This document shows positions 28,201-36,009 of a stretch of DNA of 64,000 bases, piece after piece. The notes below the pieces were generated by a model that worked only from the letters and a program-made list of their open reading frames with translations, was not told the DNA's origin and did no database searches. Source of the stretch: Eubacteriales bacterium. Lineage in GTDB: Bacteria > Bacillota > Clostridia > Oscillospirales > CAG-272. The stretch's first letter is position 1. Every line of letters starts with the position of its first letter. The position numbers and the translations under genes were made by a program. The stretch lies in the NCBI GenBank assembly GCA_045533675.1, contig JAZSIF010000058.1, positions 2,119 through 66,118 of the forward strand. The letters run 5' to 3'.

Positions 28201-30341
28201 ATCAGTATGTTGATAATCTCCTCATACTCCATTTCCTTGAATATCTCTTGATAATCCGAAGAGGTGAGATTCACCAACGCGGCCAAGTCACGGATTCGTT
28301 TCTCCTTGATAGCGGCTTCCTCCTCGGAGTCTCCCTCCTTGGGGTCGACCAGCTCATGGATCAGTCCCGACAGGTCCACTTTATCACTGGTAGCAACCAC
28401 CGTCAGATCCACATGCGCAAAGAAATCAATAGGGTCGATCTGACCTTGTTCGATTTGGTCGAGGAAGGATTCCTTTAACAGCTCCTTCACTCCGGCAACC
28501 GCCAGCGCATCCGTTGCCATGGCTGCCAGCTCTTCTCCGCTCAATCCAAGATCGGAAATCTTGATTCCGCTATCGGAGAGCACACGGCTCACATCCACCA
28601 AACCCTCATCGAGAATGTCATCCAGCTTGATGCCGTATGCGGAGAAATTCAAAATCTCCGAAACTTTAAGCGCGTCCTTGTTCGCAAGGAGCTGCTCCAA
28701 CGTAATGGAGCCAGGATACTTGTCGAGCAATTCGCCTACATCTACCAGATTGTTCGCCAGCAAAGTTTCCGGTGTAATACCCTTGTCCTGGGCAACTTCA
28801 GCCACCGTAATCAGTCCGTTGGCAAGCCATTCATCCAGAGTGTCCAACTCATGATCGCGGACTTTTTGCTTCTGCTCAGGTGTCAAAGCGTCAAACTTGC
28901 TTTCAAAATATGCCTCATCGATGCCGTACGCCGTGGCAACCGCATTTTTCTCGTCCGAAGTCATACCATTGTAAATGGTGGTAACATCCAGATCCAAAGA
29001 AGAAATATCGATCTCATTGACATTGAGATGCTTATTGGCGATCAATGCCGCTGCCGTAATCGCATTGTATTTCTTCAGAAAAGCAGAGAGTGTCTCCGTC
29101 GTGACCTCGGGCTTAACCGCATTGGTCAGAACCAACGTCTTGCCCTCAAGAAGCTTCGCCAGACGTGTATTATCCATGTACTTGGAAATACTGAACCCTT
29201 GGCTTCCTACCAGCTTGTCAACAATTTCCTTTGTGACAACCATGGAGGCAACGGTATAAAAGTCGGGATCCTCGATCAATCCATCGACCAGCCCTTCCGC
29301 CTCGAGCAGCTCCTTGACGACCGCATAGTCGTTTTTCTTTACCAAATCACGAAGCGCGTCCTCGCCAAAGATCTCAATCAGCTTTGCATTGGTCAGAACA
29401 TCCTTGCGATGTGTAAATATGTACTCTACCGTTTCCTCAGTCATCAGCCATTCGGGATGCTTCGCGACCTGTTCAAGAATTGCCTCGTTCTCGAGCAGCT
29501 TCTTTAACGGATTATCATCCGCAATCTCTTGTCCCTCTTCCGGAACAAAGGTCATCAAATAATCCTTAAGCTTTTCACGGAGAGACTCGTCGCTCATAAT
29601 TTTTTGCTTGATCTTGTCGCCAACCGCGTTCACCAGCGCATTCTTATACTGCTCATCGGACAGGATCGAACTCACCACCGAATCCGTCACCAAATTGGGG
29701 AGCGCCGCCATGACCTGGCTCTCATGCTCAGAAAGGAGACGATCAATGGCATCCGCCAACACGGCCTCCATAAACGACTCGTCGCGCAAAAGTCTTCCCT
29801 GCACCTCATCGGTCAAAAGATCCTTCAGCACGGGCGCGAGAAGCGCGTTCAATTCACGGTTGAATTTTTCCTCGTCCTCTACGCCGTCAAGGAGTGCGTC
29901 AAAATCCATCACCGCCAAGATTTCATCCAGCGTGACCAGCTTTTCTACAAACTCCGGGTTCAGGAAATACTTCGACAGAAGATTTTCGGGAAGCAAAGCC
30001 ACCAGCTCGTTGAGCTCCTCGGCGCTCAGATATTCGGAGACAAGCGTCAAAAACGTCTCCTTAGATGCGCCGTCCTCCAAGGCAGCCAGAACTTCCGCGG
30101 GGACAAAATCCTTTAGCTCCTCCTTTGTGAGATCGCCATCCGCCAATAAATCATACACCTTTTGGGGATTCAACTTCACCCGAAGAACTCCATCCTTGAA
30201 TTCGATGGTGTAATAGGGCGTTCCGTCTTCATCAGCCGCAGAGGACCCCACGGAAAAGGCACCTACGGGCAAGCAGATCGAAGCCAGCATGATTATCGCC
30301 ATCACAAACGGAAGAATTCGTTTCAGCAACAATTGTTTCAT
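22224..30341 (-). CDS. Giant (2705 aa) secreted, C-terminally membrane-anchored protein with about 16 Flg_new/InlB-B-type repeats and a cytoplasmic uL15-like tail
   Basis: Signal peptide MKQLLLKRILPFVMAIIMLASICLPVGAFSVGSSAA. About 1150 aa of acidic, Leu-rich sequence with no domain I recognise. About 16 repeats of pattern Y-x-[VL]-T-F ... G-Y-x-[FY]-x-[GAEW]-W-[YF]. TM segment MVFGLWWVWWLLILILIILIVLTFIYFFVI followed by RARK, then a 180-aa tail. RBS AGGAGA. Confidence 0.85.
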   Translation of the reverse strand: MKQLLLKRILPFVMAIIMLASICLPVGAFSVGSSAADEDGTPYYTIEFKDGVLRVKLNPQKVYDLLADGDLTKEELKDFVPAEVLAALEDGASKETFLTLVSEYLSAEELNELVALLPENLLSKYFLNPEFVEKLVTLDEILAVMDFDALLDGVEDEEKFNRELNALLAPVLKDLLTDEVQGRLLRDESFMEAVLADAIDRLLSEHESQVMAALPNLVTDSVVSSILSDEQYKNALVNAVGDKIKQKIMSDESLREKLKDYLMTFVPEEGQEIADDNPLKKLLENEAILEQVAKHPEWLMTEETVEYIFTHRKDVLTNAKLIEIFGEDALRDLVKKNDYAVVKELLEAEGLVDGLIEDPDFYTVASMVVTKEIVDKLVGSQGFSISKYMDNTRLAKLLEGKTLVLTNAVKPEVTTETLSAFLKKYNAITAAALIANKHLNVNEIDISSLDLDVTTIYNGMTSDEKNAVATAYGIDEAYFESKFDALTPEQKQKVRDHELDTLDEWLANGLITVAEVAQDKGITPETLLANNLVDVGELLDKYPGSITLEQLLANKDALKVSEILNFSAYGIKLDDILDEGLVDVSRVLSDSGIKISDLGLSGEELAAMATDALAVAGVKELLKESFLDQIEQGQIDPIDFFAHVDLTVVATSDKVDLSGLIHELVDPKEGDSEEEAAIKEKRIRDLAALVNLTSSDYQEIFKEMEYEEIINILMPHSSEIIEKTGIVPFLDCLGAIELIDVLFATTDGTSKKSGMMVLISDGTLSFDQIAIAIGGVEKPDATEAEKKSAGLVALAGMLDQGLLVDELGDLLMQYVTFDQIKDWAGGYDVILGWYTPEQLTAIANKIGTDKLFALAKDNGLLTSPAAKELAKTLLRDVIADKAKLKSFAADIKQILLQIVVEEVGTIKINDSVVFKNGIVDLEEAVRALLLSIPDVERFCEMESGDIIVGMVLHTTFRNDGDVKLGFEICFDGDFTNLQRLARSQKDLFHLEVGEDDLDLHVSSVLPSKVMTLYARVLESNRLPAALKGKLMEASNMTLPEVVRMLDTFSDEELQALSDAVNEKLDAVLEKADGAMEKLPDGARDRVDAILEKLRTVDGWKRLADKAKALAERLPERIKTFSIYQMYDGAGHFTLPSASYDFDFGDKVSSKLGLPAGMLKADLSGTFSAEVTFRGLYSLTLDDRQGGEEVFLLPAGMSLDVLTSVSGLDLERFKDRLPATMPAMDIVVTPPLEEDEYEMIFVLKAPDGSERTLDNILYKEGDTALPRAPKTPDGIRGYEVVWPDYEALIGVAQSQTVYVTYKTIPYELTFLKGNETIKVPFTVETVDTLTIPETDAPGHGYKYDWALEGTVRDLAWIKSYLKNPANALDSLGVFEQIKTYFVYTISFYDVNGNLYQEAKYTVENWVNAVTDYIPALPTAPEEHYTHMWWNVTDNKRFTATTDSFDFNMAKDLEVREKADLITYYFVFRYLNGTTERVAYDKNTVATGIALPALTDPDPDFHYEWDFGGKTWEKFFNEHRFEENVEILERKVYTEYTITLDFFASNKDNEILTYTSRDSWQNILSQIRSYMQQDTAAMIYSWRADLDGNGTYETAFENITANPAKSFTLKEHGTYKEYTYTFYDENYNELGKYTVTAETVESAFVAWVNSIHTAPAEGYTHVWLDENGVEWTPDQFETGANEWLCNLDFVEEKKALPEYTITFVPLKNNVSGVAGTPEEIGYFANTETLANKNVPALHEVTSENNKLYTRYVWYIDKNNDGTFSASEVWDPATDFDASELRDFTVYEYGVAIDYTLTLKRIQTMSLLRATRAAGEITVVYNANNWPEVYAELTRMLNEPTGDEIGSYTYEWYYVDADGKWAKYSFPETLTNDNADTIQKTFTEIRRAVDDNKLYVYDKDGNLLAEYFYTYAGFYQRDEYGNETSVDLILPPSVDYYDFAGWYFAGNGDTPALTAQGFDPATFLSDLGIDLETATAADRRINIMPTYTAHEYTLTFKDLDDNLMGEVIYTVEGMVSGIVPTLPTESGYTYDWCNLFGTTWEGINYQTPADLTIKLRKTIDEYEVRFHLPGSAPEDVVTKTYTVLDKSFEIPAVTAPAGTEFRWYYMDNGQKVLWTKACLTTGDVDVFGEFVNLQYTVTFIGIGDTPTVLTMTKDTKTQPDVPAKPFYTGAWYVQMGTAPADTDPLWMDYRLIDGEREVTVYVVYTAKSYRVDFILPDGSRVEKSYTINDPLTPADLPTDCAPGYEYRWYVGEVEWKNYQLTDTDATIEVEAKQIPLEYTFTFTYPDGTVVERVGTVISVPTPPSIEVTQAGYYGAWFVQIGDTPADTDPQITAYELVKGGTSVKLYVKILPIQYKVTFVIGDDKIEKTYTVLDAWTPVELPAKVGYRGAWYVVDSEGKLVEWSAYDLKNGALGINVKAVYAPIEYTVTFKHPDGSEEVLTLTCETEKPIPDFKGKASGYRYEWYVEMGENDVLWSDYVLTDHNAESLTVYAQAEATRAMVFGLWWVWWLLILILIILIVLTFIYFFVIRARKLAAAVVAAVADDEGEEEFVTSEPVAEEPVIIVPVAEPEPEPEPEPEPEPEPEPELEPEPEPVVEVVETVDVDTADAMMEDTVAMAALKTAGGANATGLKSIINISEINETFDAEETVDLDALKAKKLISAKTQRVKVLADGHLDKPLTVIADSFSVQAIKMITLTGGKAIQRKVSK
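22572..22649 (-). repeat. In-frame hexanucleotide tandem repeat encoding (EP)9-EL-(EP)3
   Basis: The plus strand reads GGTTCA/GGCTCG units repeated 13 times. It lies within the cytoplasmic tail of the giant protein. Confidence 0.9.
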
Positions 30342-30406
30342 GAAATGTTCTCCTACTCTTTTGGATTTTTATGTGTCAAAATACTACATAAATAATATAT
30401 GCTAAT

Positions 30407-30435
30407 ATTATACCTCTTTTTTGACGGCTCGTCAA
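30407..30435 (-). promoter_or_regulatory. Sigma-A type promoter of the giant-protein gene, with the -35 box embedded in a 6-3-6 palindrome
   Basis: Minus strand reads TTGACG (30435-30430), 17 nt, TATAAT (30412-30407), about 65 nt upstream of the ATG at 30341. The plus strand at 30421-30435 reads TTGACGGCTCGTCAA, a perfect inverted repeat. Confidence 0.55.
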
Positions 30436-30776
30436 GAGGTTCGGGGAAGAAAAGGAGGGCGCGTGCCCCCGCGCATCCCTTTCAATTCATGTATTTTTTG
30501 TGCATTTTTGCCATACATTTTGCAAAAAAAGTTTCAAAAGCACAACACATTTCGTGGAGACTCCTCAATTCTCGATTTGTTTTGCAAAAAACAACCTTAT
30601 CGCATTGGAGCAGTGCCGATCCAATAATTCTATATAAGAACACAAATATGATTTTAGTATTTAAATGTTTAAAAGGTTCTTCCTCGAATTTGTTGTAAAA
30701 AACATCATTCAATCACTCTTTTTTCTTTGCCCACGGGCATCTCGTTCTTGTTTAAAAATATTTTGTGATTTTGCAC

Positions 30777-30808
30777 GAAAAAAGGCTCTCCTTTAGGAAG
30801 AGCCTTTC
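30777..30808 (-). terminator. Intrinsic terminator of the thrS-DUF4234 transcription unit
   Basis: Minus strand has stem AGGCTCT/AGAGCCT (30783-30789 / 30799-30805) followed by a U-run (plus-strand A-run 30778-30783), about 60 nt after the stop at 30866. Confidence 0.6.
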
Positions 30809-30865
30809 AAAATGCTTCGCGCGGAAATTTTTCTTAGTTTTCGAAAACGAAAATCCGAATCCTCT

Positions 30866-31195
30866 TTAGAGATGGTTAACCTCGTTCTGAATAAACGCCA
30901 TAGTAATCACGGGAATCAAGCCCCCGAGAATAAGCCAAAGAGTCAGATCATTGGATTGGGGCTTTTCGTTTCTTGCTTGAAGGACATTTAGGGTATGGTG
31001 GCAATCGTAGCCGAGAAGCGCGCCGCCCGCATTCGAGGAAAGAATAAGAAGAACCAGGAGTACCGTCAAGGGAATCTTTTCCTCACCGCTTTCCTTTTGA
31101 AGATCGCGGGCAGTCACATAGCACCAGTATATTCCGTAAATGCCAAAAGTAATGATTGTCAGAACAACCACAGCCGCAACACTTCTTTTTTTCAT
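30866..31195 (-). CDS. DUF4234 family small membrane protein
   Basis: Start re-set to MKKRSVAAVVVLTIITFGIYGIYWCY with RBS GAGGAG. The FGIYGIYW motif is typical of DUF4234. The upstream part of the track ORF overlaps the thrS 3' end. Confidence 0.65.
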   Translation of the reverse strand: MKKRSVAAVVVLTIITFGIYGIYWCYVTARDLQKESGEEKIPLTVLLVLLILSSNAGGALLGYDCHHTLNVLQARNEKPQSNDLTLWLILGGLIPVITMAFIQNEVNHL

Positions 31196-31208
31196 AGCCG
31201 GTCGCTCC

Positions 31209-33152
31209 TCAGTTATCCAACGAGCGGGAATCTGACTGTTCCTTGACGAAAGCAATAAATTCGTCAGCAGGCATCGCTCCAAGGTCGCCTTTCTTACGGG
31301 ATCGGACGGCAACCGTGTTCTCGGTCATTTCCTTGTCACCGATGATCAGCATATAGGGCACTTTTTCCAACTGAGCGGCACGGATCTTGTAGCCGATCTT
31401 CTCGTTGCGCTCGTCTACGGTTACGCGCAGTCCAAGTGCCGTCATGCGGTTTGCGAGATCACGGCAGTATTCTATCTGCTCGTCACCGATAGGCAGGAAG
31501 CGAACCTGCTCGGGAGCCATCCACATAGGCAAAGCGCCCGCGTACTTTTCAAGCAGGAGAGCCAGCGTACGCTCATAGCAGCCCAAGGAGGTACGGTGAA
31601 TGATATAGGGAGTTTTGAGGGTATTATCGGAATCCACGTACTCCATGCCGAACTTCTTGGCAAGCAGCATATCAATCTGGATAGTCACAAGGGTGTCTTC
31701 CTTGCCGTGTACATTCCGCATCTGAATGTCCAACTTAGGACCGTAGAAGGCAGCTTCGTCGATGCCGATGCTGTAATTGCCCTCGCCGAGATACTCGTCA
31801 AGCAGCTTACCCATAATACTCTGTGCCTCGTTCCACTGCTCGGGTGTGCCCTCGTACTTGCCCTCGCGGTTTGGGTCCCACTGAGAGAAGCGGAAGTAGC
31901 AGTCCTCCCAAAGTCCGACGGCAGACAGACAGTGCTTTGCCAGCTCCAGGCAGCCCTTGAATTCCTCGGCAAGCTGCTCGGGACGAAGCACCAGATGTCC
32001 CTCGGAAATGGTAAACTGACGCACACGGATCAATCCGTGCATCTCTCCGCTATCCTCGTTACGGAAGAGTGTGGAGGTCTCGCCCAATCTCATGGGCAGA
32101 TCACGGTAGGAGCGCTTCTTGTTCAGGAATACCTGATACTGGAAGGGACAGGTCATAGGGCGGAGCGCGAAGCACTCCTTGGTCTCGTCATAGGGGTCGC
32201 CGAGGACGAACATGCCGTCCAGATAGTGATCCCAGTGTCCCGAAATCTTATATAGGTCACGCTTTGCCATCAGGGGGGTCTTGGTCAGCAGATAGCCGCG
32301 CTTCTGCTCCTCGTCCTCCACCCATCTCTGCAAAAGCTGAATGGTTCTCGCTCCCTTTGGAAGCATGATGGGCAGACCCTGACCAATGGAATCCACGGTA
32401 GTGAAATACTCAAGGTCTCTGCCGATCTTGTTGTGATCGCGCTTCTTTGCCTCCTCGATACGCTCTAAGTGTGCCTTCAGCTCATCCTTTGTGGGAAATG
32501 CCGTGCCGTAGACGCGTTGCAGCATCTTGTTCTTCTGGTCACCCTTCCAGTAGGCACCCGTGCACTGAGTCAGCTTGAATGCTTTCACAGCCCCCGTCGC
32601 GAAAAGGTGAGGACCTGCGCAGAGGTCCACAAATTCGCCCTGACGGTAGAAGCTGATAATCTCTCCCTCGGGCAGCTCCTCGATGAGCTGGACCTTGTAG
32701 GGCTCGTTCTTCTCGGTCATGAGCGCGATCGCCTCATCACGGGCAAGCTCAAACCGTTCAATACGAAGATTTTCCTTAACGATCTTCTTCATCTCGTCCT
32801 CCAAAGCCTTCAGCACCTCGGGGGTAAAGGAAACCTCACTGTCAAAGTCGTAGTAGAAGCCATTTTCAATAGCGGGTCCGATGGTCAGCTTGGTCTCAGG
32901 ATAGAGGCGCTTGACCGCCTGTGCCAAAATATGAGAAGCGGTATGACGGAACACGTGCGCGCCATCCTCCTCCGCGAAGGTAAGAAGCTCCGCCTCGGCG
33001 TCGTCCTCAATCAGAGTCGACAGCGCCACCACCTTGCCCGAAAGCTTTGCGGCAAGGACCGCGCGGCTCATGAGCTCCAGCTCGTTGGCTGCGTCGTACA
33101 CCGTGACCGGCTCGTTCTTTTCCAACATTTTGTCTCCAAATTTGATCTTCAT
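31209..33152 (-). CDS. thrS: Threonine--tRNA ligase
   Basis: 647 aa from MKIKFGDKMLEKNEPVTVYD (TGS domain). HTASHILAQAV editing-domain motif. Class II core FRNEDSGEMHGLIRVRQFT. RBS AGGAGGAA lies before the ATG at 33152. Confidence 0.93.
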   Translation of the reverse strand: MKIKFGDKMLEKNEPVTVYDAANELELMSRAVLAAKLSGKVVALSTLIEDDAEAELLTFAEEDGAHVFRHTASHILAQAVKRLYPETKLTIGPAIENGFYYDFDSEVSFTPEVLKALEDEMKKIVKENLRIERFELARDEAIALMTEKNEPYKVQLIEELPEGEIISFYRQGEFVDLCAGPHLFATGAVKAFKLTQCTGAYWKGDQKNKMLQRVYGTAFPTKDELKAHLERIEEAKKRDHNKIGRDLEYFTTVDSIGQGLPIMLPKGARTIQLLQRWVEDEEQKRGYLLTKTPLMAKRDLYKISGHWDHYLDGMFVLGDPYDETKECFALRPMTCPFQYQVFLNKKRSYRDLPMRLGETSTLFRNEDSGEMHGLIRVRQFTISEGHLVLRPEQLAEEFKGCLELAKHCLSAVGLWEDCYFRFSQWDPNREGKYEGTPEQWNEAQSIMGKLLDEYLGEGNYSIGIDEAAFYGPKLDIQMRNVHGKEDTLVTIQIDMLLAKKFGMEYVDSDNTLKTPYIIHRTSLGCYERTLALLLEKYAGALPMWMAPEQVRFLPIGDEQIEYCRDLANRMTALGLRVTVDERNEKIGYKIRAAQLEKVPYMLIIGDKEMTENTVAVRSRKKGDLGAMPADEFIAFVKEQSDSRSLDN

Positions 33153-33195
33153 GTGATTCCTCCTATTACGTGTGTGTAAATTAATTTTCTTCCAA

Positions 33196-33400
33196 ACAAA
33201 AGCACCTCGGGTGGCAGACGCAGTCTGACCACCCGGGGTGCGCAAATTCTTGGCACGGTTCCACCCGGACTTTTATCTCTTTATTCAAGCTACCGATCGG
33301 CATGAAAAGCGGTATCGCGGGGACTCCGTTCGCAAGAGCCTTTCAGCCATGGGCTCTCTCTCTGGGGCGGGGACATCCGAGGACGTGGTTTTTCAAGGTA
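33196..33400 (-). promoter_or_regulatory. T-box leader (tRNA-Thr sensing) upstream of thrS
   Basis: The minus strand has T-box sequence AAGTCCGGGTGGAACCGTGCC (about 33252-33272). It is followed by terminator CACCCCGGGTGG-N14-CCACCCGAGGTG (33203-33240) plus CTTTTGTTT. Upstream is an AGAGAGAG / GCTGAAAGG stem-I-like region. The candidate specifier ACC at 33313-33311 is tentative. Confidence 0.7.
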
Positions 33401-33408
33401 CTCCGACC

Positions 33409-33837
33409 TTATTTCCTTTTGGATTGATTGTACGCGGAATGGGGGTTGACGATCTCACGCCAATCCAGATCGCCACGATCCAATGCCGTAACGATAACCT
33501 CGGCGGTGGCAATGTTGGTGGCAACGGGAATATTGTGCAGATCACACATCCGAAGCAGCTCCTGCTCGGCGGGATTGTGCTTGGCTGTGGGACGGGTATC
33601 ACGGAAGTTCAGAAGCACGTCGATCTCGTTATAGGAAATTCTCGACGCGATCTGCTCCTCGCCCCCTTGGTCGCCCGACATGAGTCGGTCGATATGAAGT
33701 CCCGTAGCCTCGGATATATATTTCGCGGTAGCGGCGGTGGCACATAAATGGTGCTTGCTCAGAATCCCGCAATACGCAATACAAAACTGAGCCATCAGCT
33801 CTTTTTTCATGTCGTGGGCGATCATCGCAATTTCCAT
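33409..33837 (-). CDS. Methylglyoxal synthase-like (MGS-like domain) protein
   Basis: Start at MEIAMIAHDMKKELM, with GGAGG 7 nt upstream. Overall MgsA-like (IAHD.KK, NIPVATN), but the TGTTG phosphate-binding motif reads ATAATA. Confidence 0.7.
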   Translation of the reverse strand: MEIAMIAHDMKKELMAQFCIAYCGILSKHHLCATAATAKYISEATGLHIDRLMSGDQGGEEQIASRISYNEIDVLLNFRDTRPTAKHNPAEQELLRMCDLHNIPVATNIATAEVIVTALDRGDLDWREIVNPHSAYNQSKRK

Positions 33838-33985
33838 TTGAGTTCCTCCGTTCATTCTTACTGTTCTCTACTGTCTGTTGATGTATAATATACACCACTC
33901 TAAGATTTATTATAACATTTTTCCGCCCCTCTTGTCAATGGCTTTCTCCGATTTTTGTTATTTTTTAAAAAATGGGACAAACCCC

Positions 33986-34014
33986 TTGTAATTTTTCTCC
34001 AAATCGTTTATAAT
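33986..34014 (+). promoter_or_regulatory. Sigma-A type promoter of glyA
   Basis: TTGTAA (33986-33991), 17 nt, TATAAT (34009-34014). GGAGG RBS precedes the ATG at 34045. Confidence 0.55.
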
Positions 34015-34044
34015 AAATATGATTTTATATCTTGGAGGTTTCTC

Positions 34045-35289
34045 ATGATTAACGAAATGATCGAAAAGGTTGCCACAACCGATAAGGAAATTGCCGATGC
34101 CATTTCCGCGGAATACAAGCGGCAGTCCGACGGGCTGGAGCTGATCGCTTCCGAAAACGTCGTATCCGAGGCAGTGATGTGTGCCATGGGCTCGGTTCTC
34201 ACCAACAAGTATGCCGAGGGTTATCCCGGCAAGAGATATTACGGCGGCTGTTCTTGCGTAGACGTAGCCGAGACCATCGCCATTGAGCGTGCCAAGAAGC
34301 TCTTCGGCGCGGCATACGCAAACGTGCAGCCCCACAGCGGCGCGCAGGCAAACACCGCGGTTTACTTTGCTCTGCTGAATCCGGGTGACACGGTTATGGG
34401 CATGAGTCTGGCACACGGCGGTCACCTGACCCACGGAAGCCCCGTCAACATTTCGGGTATGTACTACAATTTCGTTCCCTACGAGCTGGATCCCGTGACC
34501 GAATATATCGATATGGAAGCCTACGAAAGGCTGGCAAAGGAGCATCGTCCCAAATTGATCGTGGCAGGCGCTTCCGCTTATCCCAGAATTATCGATTTCA
34601 AGAGAATGGCAGAGATTGCTCACGAGGTTGGCGCATATTTTATGGTGGATATGGCGCATATTGCAGGTCTTGTCGCCGCAGGTGTTCACCCTTCCCCCAT
34701 GCCCTATGCCGACGTAGTGACCACTACCACCCATAAGACTCTGCGCGGTCCTCGGGGCGGTATGATTCTGACCAACAACGAGGAGCTGGCAAAGAAATTC
34801 AACAAGGCGATTTTTCCCGGCATTCAGGGCGGTCCCTTGATGCACGTCATTGCCGCCAAGGCTGTAAGCTTCGGCGAGGCACTGACTCCCGAATTCAAGG
34901 CATATCAAGAGCAGATCGTGAAGAATGCCGCTGTTCTGGCTGAAGGATTGCTGGCTGAGGGCTTTGACCTGGTTTCGGGCGGCACCGACAACCATCTAAT
35001 GCTGGTCGACCTCCGTCCCATGAAGATCACGGGCAAGGAGTTCGAGGCAAGGCTGGATGCCGTACACATTACTGTCAACAAGAATGCCATCCCCAACGAT
35101 CCCGAAAAGCCCTTCGTGACCTCGGGCGTCCGTGTAGGAACCCCCGCCGTCACCTCCCGTGGACTCAAGGAAGAAGATATGAAGACCATCGCGCGTCTAT
35201 TTGGTATGGTTGCCCGTGACTTTGAGGGTACTGCCGATGTGGTTCGCGCTGAGGTCGCGGCTCTGTGCGAAAAATATCCTTTGTATTAA
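34045..35289 (+). CDS. glyA: Serine hydroxymethyltransferase
   Basis: 414 aa from [33 protein letters not shown] and [14 protein letters not shown] (PLP-lysine) motifs. Confidence 0.95.
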   Translation: MINEMIEKVATTDKEIADAISAEYKRQSDGLELIASENVVSEAVMCAMGSVLTNKYAEGYPGKRYYGGCSCVDVAETIAIERAKKLFGAAYANVQPHSGAQANTAVYFALLNPGDTVMGMSLAHGGHLTHGSPVNISGMYYNFVPYELDPVTEYIDMEAYERLAKEHRPKLIVAGASAYPRIIDFKRMAEIAHEVGAYFMVDMAHIAGLVAAGVHPSPMPYADVVTTTTHKTLRGPRGGMILTNNEELAKKFNKAIFPGIQGGPLMHVIAAKAVSFGEALTPEFKAYQEQIVKNAAVLAEGLLAEGFDLVSGGTDNHLMLVDLRPMKITGKEFEARLDAVHITVNKNAIPNDPEKPFVTSGVRVGTPAVTSRGLKEEDMKTIARLFGMVARDFEGTADVVRAEVAALCEKYPLY

Positions 35290-35396
35290 TTATTAATCTT
35301 TGTGCACGATTCTCGTGTTTGTATACCCTGTAAGAATATCGTTTAACTCTTTGAAAGAAATCCGTCGGTGGCATAACAAGCCGTCCGACGGATTTC
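35290..35396. repeat. Partial copy of the intergenic repeat family (inner left module plus hairpin)
   Basis: TTTGTGCACGATTCTCGTGTTTGTATACCCTGTAAGAATATCG... followed by GAAATCCGTCGG-N16-CCGACGGATTTC (35357-35396). The hairpin ends 1 nt before the stop codon (35397-35399) of the convergent gene. Confidence 0.65.
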
Positions 35397-35882
35397 TTAT
35401 TTTTTCGCTCCGAGATTCCAAACTGTAAGCCCCTGCTCCTTCGCGTATTTGACGGTATAAGCGCTGCCCCCCTCTATGTGTCTGCAAAAGGCGATGCACA
35501 TGTCGCTTCCGTCTACCAGCGCACGATTGCGTACCATCATGCAGCCTTGGAAATAATGCTCAGACGTATATGTAACCGTGTCCGCTCGCTGAAGAATGTG
35601 TCGATAGATCGATCGATCACGCTCCAACCAACCACGGTCTTGATCCCGACACGGAAGGTACAGACAAAGACGAAGATCGGGACATCTCTCCCGAAGATCC
35701 AATACCGTCAGCGCCGCCAAGGTATCAAACCCCAAAGCACCGCCCGCGCGAAATTCCCGAGCTCCGTGATCATAGGCATAGCGTACCGCTCGCCGCAAGA
35801 AATCGTAAAGCGCTTCTAAGGAATCCACCGGCAACTCTCTGTGCCCCGTAAAGCAACATACACGAAAGGTCCTTTCCCTCAT
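35397..35882 (-). CDS. SLOG-fold DUF1273 (YpsA-like) protein
   Basis: Start re-set to MRERTFRVCCFTGHR, with GGAGG 5 nt upstream. The CFTGHR and GGALGFD motifs are typical of DUF1273. The upstream 146 codons of the track ORF are antisense to the lipoprotein gene. Confidence 0.7.
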   Translation of the reverse strand: MRERTFRVCCFTGHRELPVDSLEALYDFLRRAVRYAYDHGAREFRAGGALGFDTLAALTVLDLRERCPDLRLCLYLPCRDQDRGWLERDRSIYRHILQRADTVTYTSEHYFQGCMMVRNRALVDGSDMCIAFCRHIEGGSAYTVKYAKEQGLTVWNLGAKK

Positions 35883-36009
35883 CCTATCCTCCATCAAGTT
35901 TCTTTGGTTCATTATACCACACTTTTCCCCTTTTGTGTGAAAAAAGTCATAAAAAACTTTTCCCCTTGATACAATGGTAACAAGTAGCCAAAACCGATGG
36001 AGGAAATCT

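Noticed and set aside
30454-30480. GC-rich hairpin GCGCG-N6-CGCGC as a leader attenuator of the giant gene
   Set aside because: It has only a 5-bp stem. It lies upstream of the better-supported TTGACG-17-TATAAT promoter, so it is probably not in the transcript.
30399-30712. Several 68-99-aa ORFs on both strands in the AT-rich spacer upstream of the giant gene
   Set aside because: They have no RBS and overlap one another. Their composition is dictated by AT-rich DNA, and one overlaps the promoter.
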